This document shows, one piece after another, positions 18,901 through 30,900 of a DNA stretch of 43,927 nt; the stretch's first letter is position 1, and the number at the start of each line of letters is the position of its first letter. A model generated the notes under the pieces. It saw only the letters and a list, made by a program, of their open reading frames with translations, searched no databases and was not told where the DNA came from. The stretch comes from Candidatus Parcubacteria bacterium. Lineage in GTDB: Bacteria > Patescibacteriota > Minisyncoccia > Phycocordibacterales > UBA2100. The DNA is taken from positions 1-43,927 of the forward strand of contig JBDKGA010000002.1 of assembly GCA_039798465.1 (NCBI GenBank), given 5' to 3'. A program made the translations under genes and the position numbers.

Positions 18901-21900
18901 GCTTCTGATGCACTCGCTATCGCGACGGGTGTTGCGTGGCTTGCGGGCGATCGCACTACCAACAGCACCGAACTCAACGATGCCACCACATATCCGTTTT
19001 CGTGGAACCTCGATAGTGATTACGATTCGACATATTTTACACACTCTACTACCACAAACTCAGAGCGACTCACGGTAAATGTGGCGGGAGATTACTTGGT
19101 AGCTCTCACACTCCCGATGGAACGTACCGATACCAACAACCGCCGTACCCGTATCGAAGCCGAAGTTCGCGTGAATGGCGCAAAGCAGCAAGTGGGCGTG
19201 AGTCGTTCCTCGTACATAAGAAACGCAACCAGTCACAGTGAATCATCCGATCACCTCACCGTACTACTTCGCAATTTGCAGGCAGGGGATTATATCGATG
19301 TTGCAACACATGCGGTGACTACCACAAACGTAAACGATGACATTATCGTTTCGGGTCGAGCTACGCTCTACGCCGAATACATGAGCTCCTCGCAAACCAT
19401 TTTTTCTGCAACAGCCACGACCACTGCTGCTGGTACCGATATGAATCCAGCGACCGCCTCGAAAGTATTATGGTACGACGACAGAAAAGATACTGGCTAC
19501 ACCCACAACAATGGCTCTTCGCCAGAAAATATTACGATTGCTTCGACGGGGTACTACCTGGTGTTTGTAAACATGCCGCTTAGTGGCTCGGTGTCTGATG
19601 CAAACGTGCGTGGGCGCGTACTCGTAAACGGGGTCGTTGCCCCGGGCGGACATTTTAAGCAGGGATACATTGAAAACGCCGGCGGTGACACAACATCGTC
19701 TTTGCATTGGAGTGGTATGGTGGAGGCCACTACCTCAAACTCGGTACTCTCGTTTGACGTGCAAGCCGAAGCAGCAACTGGAGCCATCACTGTCGGCTCC
19801 GACGTGGGCTCGCTCGTTATTCAGCAGCTCCCGCCCGCTGATATATACGTCGGGCGCGCGACGAGTACTGTCTCGGGTGGTAGCAACTGGAACACTGCAG
19901 CGGTAACCACTGCTCGATGGCAAACCGATTACACGATGGATACGGCATCGTTCACACATTCAACCACTACGAATCCACATGAGATTACTGTCGACAAGGC
20001 TGGTGACTATTTGGCAGTATTCAACGATACCCGCACGGCCGCGATAAGCCGCACAAACCAAATAGTGACACTCACCGTCAATAGTGTGGATAGGTCAGGT
20101 GCCGAAACAAAAACGCACTACATACGCAATACTGCGGGGCATGCCGAAAGTTCTGGCGGCATGACATTTCTCTTGCGTGACCTTGCCGCCAATGACGTGA
20201 TTACAGTAACGACAGTACAAGAAGCAAATGCAGGCACTGTGCCCGAAGACCAGGGCGCGATATTGGTCTTGTGGCGCAAAGAGGCGCAGAGTGCGTACTT
20301 GCAGCACACACAGCGATGGTACGTAAACACTAATGCTGCGACAACCACCGATCCGTGGCCAGCGGGTGCAAGTGATTTGGATGAAGGCGATAGTATGACC
20401 ACCGGTACTTCTATCAAGTCGGGTGATGTCACACGCCTGCGTCTGGCGCTGCAGGTGAATGCAAACACTGCTGCAAGTACTGATGCGTTTAAATTACAAT
20501 ACGCGGCCGGTTCGGTATGTTCACCAGCGCTTTCGTGGAGTGATGTGGGCGCTGCGGGAAGCGGATCGATATGGCGCGGATATGACAATGCGGGCGCGAC
20601 GGCTGGCTCACGAATCTCGCTTACCAACAAACTGCTTTCGGTTTCAACAACGACGCAAACGTACGAAGAACAGAATCCATCGGCAAACGCTCCTGCCGCA
20701 CTCTTTTCAGGGGAAAGTGCGGAATGGGATTGGGTGTTGCAAAACAACGGTGCTGCGGCGGGAACCGAATACTGTTTCCGTGCCGTTTCTTCGGCAGGAC
20801 AAGTGCTCAAAGACTATCTCGACTACCCACAAGTGACGACCAACGGCACTCCCTCTGTGCCCGCGCTTACCAAGTTGTTCGACAACGAAAAAACAGCGAG
20901 CACCACACCGTGGTTTGAATTCACTGGCTCAGACCCAAATGGTGAGGATATACACTACCAGATTCAAATTTCGACAGATTCGACCTTTACCACGACAGTC
21001 GTAGATAAAGATTCGGTGACGGATTTCTCTCTCTTTTCAAACATAAATACTCCTGCCGATAAAGCTCCCTTTAACAGCGACGAAACCATCCGCTTTGTGC
21101 CAGGGAGTGCGCTCTCCAACAACACTACGTACTGGTGGCGTGTGCGAGCAAAAGACCAAAACGGCACAAATACATGGAGCAGTTGGTCGACGGGGCGCAG
21201 CTTTACGACCGACACGACAGTCATCGTTTCGACATGGTTCCAGACAACGCAAGCACAATTTGATATCGACGCGCTTACTAATACACAAACAACATCGACC
21301 GGCGGCGGTACAGTGGAGCTTTCGGGCCTGAATACAAGCGGTACCATATATTCACCGACTATCGACTATGACGACAAAACGATAGGAAATTCGTGGGGGA
21401 GTGTATCGTGGACCGACACCGAAGTGGGGGGCACTTTGCTTTACCAAGTAGAATATTTTGCATCTACGAGCGCGTGGGTGTTGGTCGAAAATAGTCAGAT
21501 CGCGGGAAACTCTACCGGTACCACTACTCCGCCAATCAATCTCACTGGCTTGGATACCGACACATACAACCAGATACGCGTGAAAGCGTCTTTCTCTAAG
21601 ACGAGCGCAACACCTGTACTGTCTGATTGGACAGTCGCATGGGGACTGTCGGTCGCGGTTCCGACACTGACGAAGCTCTTCGATAATGAAAAAACAGGAA
21701 CCACAACACCTTCCTTTGAATTTATATCAAGCGATCCGCAGAGCAACGATTTGGTGTATCAGATCGAGTGGTCGACCGATGCTACGTTTGCAACTGGCGT
21801 GACGACGCGTACCTCGGACACAGATGCAGGATTTGTTAACACAATTTCTGGCGGAGACACGTCGCCCTTTACACACAACAACACGATACGATTCACCGTG

Positions 21901-24900
21901 CAAAATGCCGATGCGCTCAGTAATGGTACGACCTATTGGTGGCGTGTGCGAGCAAAAGATCCGCTCGGGGGCAACGCGTATTCCCTGCGGTCTGATCCGC
22001 GCAGTTTTACCGTTGATACAAGCGTGACGGTGTCTACGTGGTTTCAAACTAGCACCGAACAATTTACAAATACTACACTCAATCGCGCGTTAGCGAGTGG
22101 TGGCGGTGTTACGGCGTCAAGTGATACGGGAAAGATAGCTATTTATCGCGAAGCAACAGCGGCTGATGCGATTACTACGACAACCTTTTCGCATAATTTT
22201 GATACGACTGTACGCCAGGATGATATTTACAGCATGACAGCAAGTACTAGTGTCAATTTAAAAAAGGGACACTACGTAGTTCTGTATGGTGCACGTTTTG
22301 ATTCCACTGGTGGCACTAACCGCTCCGAAATACAGTCGTATCTCGACCTAGCGGGAACAGCACTTCCTGCGGGGTGGTCGCAGGCATTTATTCGTCGCAC
22401 AACCCCCGCAAACGAAGGCCTCACATCGGGCGGTGCTATCGTGTATGCCTCGTCGGATAGTCAGGCGCTTTCGGTCAAAACATTCCGCACCGATACAAAC
22501 CCAGCAGCGACCGCACAGCGTGCTGCCAATACTGCGGGCCTGCAATTGATTCGCCTAGATGATGGCTGGGAATATATTCGCCTCAGCAAAACAGGCAAGC
22601 AGACAGGTCCTACCTCGGCAAGCTGGGCAACAGTAACCTACGACCGCCAAGATGAACTCGATACTACTGCGTTTGCACATACCACTGGCTCTGGAAACAT
22701 CACACTCAAATCCCCAGGCCATTATTTGGTTTTTGCGAATACCTACGGCTCACTTGCTTCGGGTTCAACAGTCGAAACAATGGTTAAAGGTAGGCTCTCT
22801 CTCGGTGGAGCCGAAATAGAGGGGAGTTACTCGACGGTGTATATGCGCGGCAACTCAAATACCAACGGTGCATACCAAGGTGCGGTTGCTATCGGTATGA
22901 TTATTCAATCCACCACCACCAATCAAATCCTTTCGGTGCAGCTGGCACGTGCACTGGGTACAGCTGCGTGGACAATCAATTCCAATCAAGCAGGTACCTA
23001 TATAGATCGCTCGGCGATTACGGTGGTTAAGCTACCAGAAGGTGATTTCGCGCGCGCGATGAGTACCACGACACCCAACATGAACCCGACTGCACTCACT
23101 GGGTTTGTGTGGAATGATGAAGCCGAAGAAGATGCGTCGTTTTCACATTCGACCACCACCAACAACAGTCGCGTTACGACGCTGATTGCGGGCGACTACC
23201 TTTTCCTATCGGCGCTTCATGGGCAGGGGACAAACATTGCGAACGCCTATTACAACCAAGGGTGGCGCAAAAATGGCGGCACACTCTTGCAGTATGGGCA
23301 GGGCGGTGCCTACAGTAGCAACAACACCACGTCGGATATTGGTAACTGGTCGGGTAATATTTTCCCGAGCATGATAAATGGCGATTACGCCGAATTGGTT
23401 GTGCAAGCAATAGGAACGACTGGCACGGTACCAGCCGATAAAAAAGGCATTCAGGGCGTGCGCATTTCGTCACTTTCTGAAGCAGACCCCAATGTGCCCA
23501 CCGTGGAATCAAACGATATCGTGTTTACTGACGGCTCGGGCCCTAAGTGGGCCACCGTATCATGGGCAACAACAACCCCGGGCTCCACCTCCATAAAAGT
23601 ACAGGTACTGTATGCCACCACCACTGGCTATGCATTAGTGCCCGATGCTGCACTTCCCGGAAACAGCACTGGCTTTACCATGTGGCCTATAGACATTAGT
23701 AACCTTAATCGCCTGACGTATCCGATATTGCGGCTGCGTGCGACACTCACCTGTGCTGGCGGTCTGTGTCCGTCGCTCAATGATTGGACCCTCAAGTGGT
23801 CTGCCGGTATTACCATCTCGGGTACTGCTCAGCAATTCGATCAGACAACGAACGTAACGAGTGGCACGGTTGCTGTTGCAGTAAATGGGGTACTGCAAGT
23901 AGGGAAGACAGGCACCATATCGGGCGGGACATGGTCTATTCCAAATGTGACCGCATTTACCGACGACATTATTACTGTGTTTGTAAGCGGGGCTGCGGAC
24001 ACCAATGAGGCTGTTGCGATTACAAAGTATACGACCTCGGGAGATATTACTGGCATGAAGCTCTACGAGCGGCACGTGACGCTTGGTTCGGCAGATAATC
24101 CGACGGTTACGAATGCAAACATCGGTCAGTATGATAATTCTGTCTCGGGCAATGAAGATATTTTCTACGACGTAGATGCAGGGAACGACCTCACCCTGTG
24201 CTCTATCGCTGGCTGTTTTGATTCGCGCCTCCTCATATTGGCTGATGCGACATATCGCCCCGATAGTGCATCGAGCGGAAACGTGACAGTGCGTCACTTT
24301 CAAAATCAAGGAACTTTTGTTGCCGACGGCAATACCATTTCGCTTTCCGGTTCGTGGCGCAACAGTAGTGTGTTTACGCCGGGCACTTCATCTGTCGTAT
24401 TTACGGCAACCTCTACCACCGAAACGGTGAATTCGATTGGTGCCTCTGCCGCAGCTTTTAGTACCATTACGTTTGGCTCTGCTGCTAGTACTGCTACGTG
24501 GAATTTGTCGAGCCCGCTTTATGCATCGAGCACACTCTCTATCAATCAGGGAACGCTCGCGCAAAATGGCGCGAACCCTATCCTTCTCTCAAGTAATCTC
24601 ACTATTGGGACAAACGGTACCTACACCAAAGGGACAGCGACGACCACATTTATGGGCAGTGGTTCGAGTACGTGGACCGACAATTCGGCATCTAAGCAAG
24701 ACATGGGCACTGTGCTTATCGACGGCAGTGCCAAAACTATTTTGATGGGCTCAAACATCAAGGCAACCGACATAACCATCGGTGCCGATGACACGTTGAA
24801 TGCCAGTGCAAATCGCACACTCGAAGTGAAGGGTAATTTCACCAACAACAACGCTTTTGTGGCGCAGAGCGGTGCAGTAACCTTTACCGCCACGACTGCC

Positions 24901-27900
24901 GGTAAAATTATCACACCAGGAAGCTCTTCGTTCTATGACATCTCGTTTAATGGTGTAGGTGGAAATTGGTCATTCAACACTTCTGCACTTACGGTTTCAA
25001 ATGATTTTACTATTACGACAGGCACAGTGACACTGCCCGCGGCGACAAGCACGATTGGTGGTTCATTCCAAAATGTTGGCGGTACCTTTATGCACAATAA
25101 TGGCACCTTGCTCTTTACGACAGGTGCAAGCAAAACGATACGAGCAGGTGGATCAGACTTCTACGATGTGACATTTAACGGCACTGGTTCGTGGAATATG
25201 ACTGATACCACTGCGACAACAACTCGACACTTTACTATCACCACTGGAACTCCCACGCTTCCTAGCGGCACACTCGCTATTGGTGGATCATTTTTCAAAA
25301 ATGGCGGCTCGTTCAATCCGGGAAGCGGCACGTTACGATTTACTGCCGCGAGTGCACAAACGATAAAACTGGGCGGCACTTCTGCGGCGCATATGACATT
25401 TGCAGGGGCCGGGTCGTGGAGTTTCGCGAGCGGAAGTGCCACAACGACTGGCACAGTTCGATTCGAAAGCGGAAGCGTTGCGCTACCGACACCAGCGTTT
25501 GCAATCGGCGGGTCTTTAGTCTCCGCAGGCGGAACGTTTTCGCACAACAACGGATTAGTACGATTTGTCTCGACCGCAACGGGCAACACCATAGACCCGG
25601 GCCTCTCTCTGTTTTACGATATCGAATTTAATAGCAGTACTGGTGGTTGGACACTCGCGGGTAGCGCAACGAGCACGCGACATGCCTCACTTGTTGCTGC
25701 GTCTGCGTTTACACTTGCATCGAGTAAGACTCTCGAAGTGGGCGGAACATTCTCCAATCTCGTAGGGGGCGCGTCTACCACGTGGGCTGGCAGTACGCTC
25801 TATCTCAATTCCGGTACGAGCTACACCATCAATACGAAATCTGCAGGAGGGGATACATATGGCACTCTGGCACTCAATGACGCCACAAAAGTAAAGACAT
25901 GGAACTCTTCAGCAACAGTAACCACCGTACCTGCTAGTGCGTCACTCTATTCGCAAAATCATGCTGCGGTAAATGGCAACCTCTACGTATGGGGAACATA
26001 TACAAATACAGGAGATGAGTACTGGGCCTACGCAAATGATTTTGACGGCACGGTACTGGGTAGTCCGCGCGCTGTTGCCGTGCGTATTGCAAACAACGCG
26101 AGTGTGTCGGTCTCAAGCGGCACGTGGCGTATGCTTGGAAGCGCGGGCGCAACTACAACGATAGACAATCAGGGCTCTGGCTCGTACACACTGGGATTGT
26201 CGGGAGGTACGCTCAATGCGCAGTACTACTCGATTCGCAACATGGGCGCTACAGGATTTTCTTTCTCAGGCACGCCGACTGTTTCTTCTCTTTCAGACGG
26301 AGATGTGGAGCTTGCGGTGAATGGTGGCACCATATTCTCGATTGCCTCGACAGTAATCACTCAAAATCCGGCGTTGCAAATTCAGCGTATGCGCGTGGCA
26401 ACTAGTACCGCTATCGGTGGATTCAATGCAACCGTGACCGGTACGCCCACTTCGTACTGGTGGTTTAGAAATCATACTGGCAATCTTGCGAGTGAAAATT
26501 TTGATAGCGATCCGGGTGGCAACCCTGGGTACGTACGATGGGATGATTCCGGATATGACATAAGCATTTCGGGACATGTGTATGCCGACCATGGAGTAAC
26601 GACAGTTGGCAGCCCGCTCTGTGACGGTTCTACGCCAGTTGTAAAATTGGTCGTTAATCGCGGCGCCACCTACACCGCTAGCTGTAATGGCTCTGGCCTT
26701 TTCAATTTCCCCAGTGTTACATTTTCTGGGGACGTAACATTGACGGCGTTTCTCGATACCAATGGTGGCAGGCGGGCGGTCACGGTAACTCGTACGCCGA
26801 CTGCAGCAATCAGTAATCTCGACTTGTATGAAAACGCGGTCGTTGTTCGTCACGAAGATGTCTCGGCCATTTCGATTGCTCAGCTTGCGTGGTATGACTC
26901 CTCGCGCGATAGCGATGTACCCTTTACCGCCGCAACGAGCACTACCGATACGCTCACCGTACATCCGGCGAACGAGCTCTTTGTGTGGAGCGGAAAAACA
27001 TTTGCTCCTGCAGGCAATGTGACACTGAGTTCTGGTGGGGTGGGAGGTGCGTACGATGGACGCCTCTTTATTGCGTCTTCGGGTTCGTTCATTGCTGCGG
27101 GCACACAATCGCACTCAATTGGTGGTGGGTGGTATGTGGGTACGAGCAGTACGTTTAGTACCGCGAGCACCACCATTACGCTTTCCGCAACAACGAGCAG
27201 TAAATCACTATACTCTGCTGTACCTCTTTCGTTCCATGATTTGACTATGAATGGTAGCGGAGGAGCGTGGTCGCTCGACAGCATGACAGCGGCCACGACC
27301 ACCGTGTGGCATGCTCTCTCGGTCTCGGCTGGAACCATGACGGGCGCTGGTGGTGCGGTGGTAAAAACCGGGGGCATTACGGGAAGCGGCACTGTATCTA
27401 TGACGGGCGGAGCAGTGGTGCTAGAGGGAACTGCAGCATTGAGCAACACCGTGCCGTGGCAGTTCTACGATCTCACGCTCGGTGTGGGAAGTAGTGGTGC
27501 TCTAACAAAGAGCGGCACCGCGACAACAACTGTTTCGCGCACTCTCTCTGTAGGAAGTGGGTACACACTCAATGCGGGCAGTGGCCCGTGGGTACTTGCC
27601 GGTGCGGGGACGCCGTTCATTGTTACTGGCACATTCAATGCTGATACGGCACCGTTTTGGTATACGGCTTCCAGCGCAACCAATGTGCGTGATACTACCT
27701 ACGCCGCACTCAACCTTGCTCCATCTGCTGCGGGTACTCCGACGTACACCATTCTTGGCGGTACGTTTGCGACAAATAATCTTACTATCGGCGGCGCAAA
27801 CCCGGTTGTGGTAAACGCGACCGTAAATGATCCGGCGGTGTCTGTTGGTGGTACGTTCCTCGTGAACAGTGGCTCAACGTTTGTTGCATCAAACGTTGGC

Positions 27901-30900
27901 GCGTTTGATGTTGCGGGTTCGTGGAATATGCTGGGCACCTTTACACACTCTTCGGGTGCAGTGCGATTTACTGCCAGTAGCGGAGGCAACACTATTGCGC
28001 CCGGCACCTTTCCTTTCTATGACGTGGAATTCGCCGGTGCCTCGGGTGGATGGACTATTGCCTCGCATGCGACATCGACCCGAAATACCACACTGACTGC
28101 CGCATCGAGCTTTACACTTTCACCGAATACAGTTCTTGCTGTCGGCGGCACGTTCTCAAATCTTGTTGGTGGTGCAGCCACTACCTGGACCGACAGTATT
28201 CTCTCTCTTACCTCGGGTACTACGTATTCGCTCAATACCAAGAGCGTGAGCGGAGATACGTATGGAACTCTCGCGCTTTCTAATGCGACGAAGTTGAGTA
28301 TGTGGAATTCATCGGCAGCGACCACGACGGTACCCGCGACTTCGTCACTCTATTCACAAGATCATTCGGGAACCGATGGTGCGCTCTATATTTGGGGGGC
28401 TTATACACGTTCGACCGGCTCTGATTATTGGAGTTATGCCACCGACTTTGATGGCACCGATATTTCAGGTACACCACGTGCAGTAGATGTGCGGATTGCG
28501 AGCAGCTCATCTATCACGCTGAGCAGTGGCCTTCTCGATATTATCGGTGCTGCCGGTGCGACAACGACGATTCGCAATCAGGGCAATGGCTTTTATTCGC
28601 TCGCTGTTTCTGGCGGGACGCTCACGGCTGCGTTTTATTCTGTGAGAGATACAGACGCGCAGGGTCTTGCGCTTTCGGGTTCACCAACCATCACCTCGCT
28701 TTCTGACGGTGATTTTGAGCTCTCATACCCCGATGGATCGCTCATTACCACGACTGCAAGTGTTATTACGGCGAACCCGCTCAAGATTATTCAGCGCGTG
28801 CGCTTTGCTACCACGACACCGATTGGTGGATACAACGCACTCACTACCGGCTCGACGGCGAGTTCATGGAAGTTTAATCTACACTACGGCAACTTGGCAG
28901 GAGAAGCGTTCGATAGTGATCCGACAGGGGACCCGGGCTACTTACGCTGGGATGATAGTGCGCTCTCGATTACGGTGGCTGGCCACGTGTATTCCGACGA
29001 AGGCACGAGTGTAAGCAGTGTGTGTGGTACGCCGGCGCAGGTGGTGCGTCTCAAGGTACAAGGTGCTGGCACGTATACCTCGTCGTGTGACGGTGCCGGG
29101 GCCTTTGCTATTGTTGGTGTTACGTTTAACCCCGGCGATACACTCACGCTGTTCCTCGATGGTGTCGCAGCGCGCGCAGCAAATATTTCGGCAGATCCAG
29201 TTTCGAATATTGGCGATATGGATTTGTATGAAAACCGCGTGATTGTTCGCCACGAAGACACGGCACCGCTCACCATCGCCAAAATGGCACAGTATGATTC
29301 TGATCAGGATGCCGACATTCCATTCAATGCGACCGATGCTGCCACGGATACACTGGTGCTACCACCTGATACAAAGCTCATTGTGTGGACAGGTAAAACA
29401 TTTGCTCCTGCGGGCAACATGACACTCAATTCTGGCGGTTCGGGGACAAGCTACGATGGAACGCTTGAGCTCAAAAATAATGCAACTTTCTCGGCAGCAG
29501 GCACGCAGTCGCATAGCATTGGCGGCAGCTTGGTAGTAGGAACGGGTGCCAGTATTGCACCAGCTAGTTCGACGTTTACCTTTACCGCAACCACTACAGG
29601 GAAAACACTCGCCTTTGGTCCCGAAGGCTTGTACAACACCGTGTTTAATGGCGTTGGCGGAAACTGGTCGTTTACTGCAGCGACCGCTACGACCACAAAC
29701 GATTTCACTATTACGAATGGCACCGTGACGATGCCAACAGCCACCACAACAATTGGCGGCTCGTTCTCAAATGCGGGCACCTTTATGCACAACAACGGCA
29801 CGGTGGTATTTTCTTCGAGTGCAACAGGGAAGACTATTCAGTCGGGTGCTTCAGCGTTTTACAACACGACCTTCGACGGGGCCGGTAGCTGGTCGTTTAG
29901 TGGTGCGATAGCAACATCTTCTCGTGACGTGCTCATTTCGCGTGGCTCGGTAACACTGCCATCTTCGCTCTTTGTGATTGGAGGATCATTTATCACCGCA
30001 ACAACCAGTGGCGGATTTTCTGCAGGAACAAATACGGTGAAATTTACTGCTGCCTCAGCGGGCAAATCAATTCAGGTTGCTACATCAACCTTCTACAATC
30101 TCTCATTTGATGGTGTGGGCGGGGAGTGGACATTCCTCGACGCGCGCGCAACCACGACGCGTGATTTTGTCATCGTACATGGCTCAACTACATTGCCGAG
30201 TACTCAGCTTGCAGTTGGCGCTTCGTTTATCAATGCGGATACATTTACGAGTGGTGCCGGTATGGTAAAACTGACCGCGACCACTACCGGTAAGACAGTG
30301 CAAGTAAACGGCTCACCGTTTTACGATGTTCTTTTTGATAGCACTGCCGGCGGGTGGACGCTCACTGATGCTGCCACCTCCACGCACGACACGACGCTCT
30401 CACGCGCGGCCGCGTTTACTGTTTCTTCGGGACAGCGGTTGTCTGTGGGCGGTACGTTTACAAACGCGGTGGGCGGTGCTGCAACGACGTGGGCCGGTAG
30501 TACGCTCTATCTGTATTCGGGGACCAATTACACTGCAAATGCAAAAACAATTTCAGATACGTACGGCACTCTGGCGCTCGGTCCTACAACCCACGTGCGT
30601 CTTTGGAATTCTTCTGCTGCAAGTGTTTCAGTGCCCACAACAGCGTCTCTCTATTCGCAAGACCATGCGGGCGCTGATGGTGCACTTGCGGTGTGGGGAG
30701 ATTACACGCGATCGTCCGGTACCGATTATTGGAGCTATGCGACAGACTTCGACGGCGTTGCGCTCGGGGGTAGCTCACGTCAGGTGCAAGTCACGATTGC
30801 ATCGAGCTCTGTCGTTACCTTCCAATCGGGCGGATCTCTCCAGATGGTGGGCGGCACTGCAGCAACCACGACTGTTGCAAATCAAGGCAGTGGTTTTTAC

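Noticed and set aside
21133-21959. 23-bp exact direct repeat TGGTGGCGTGTGCGAGCAAAAGA (21133 and 21937) as a recombination site
   Set aside because: Encodes the conserved WWRVRAKD in duplicated FN3-like domains; explained by coding constraint
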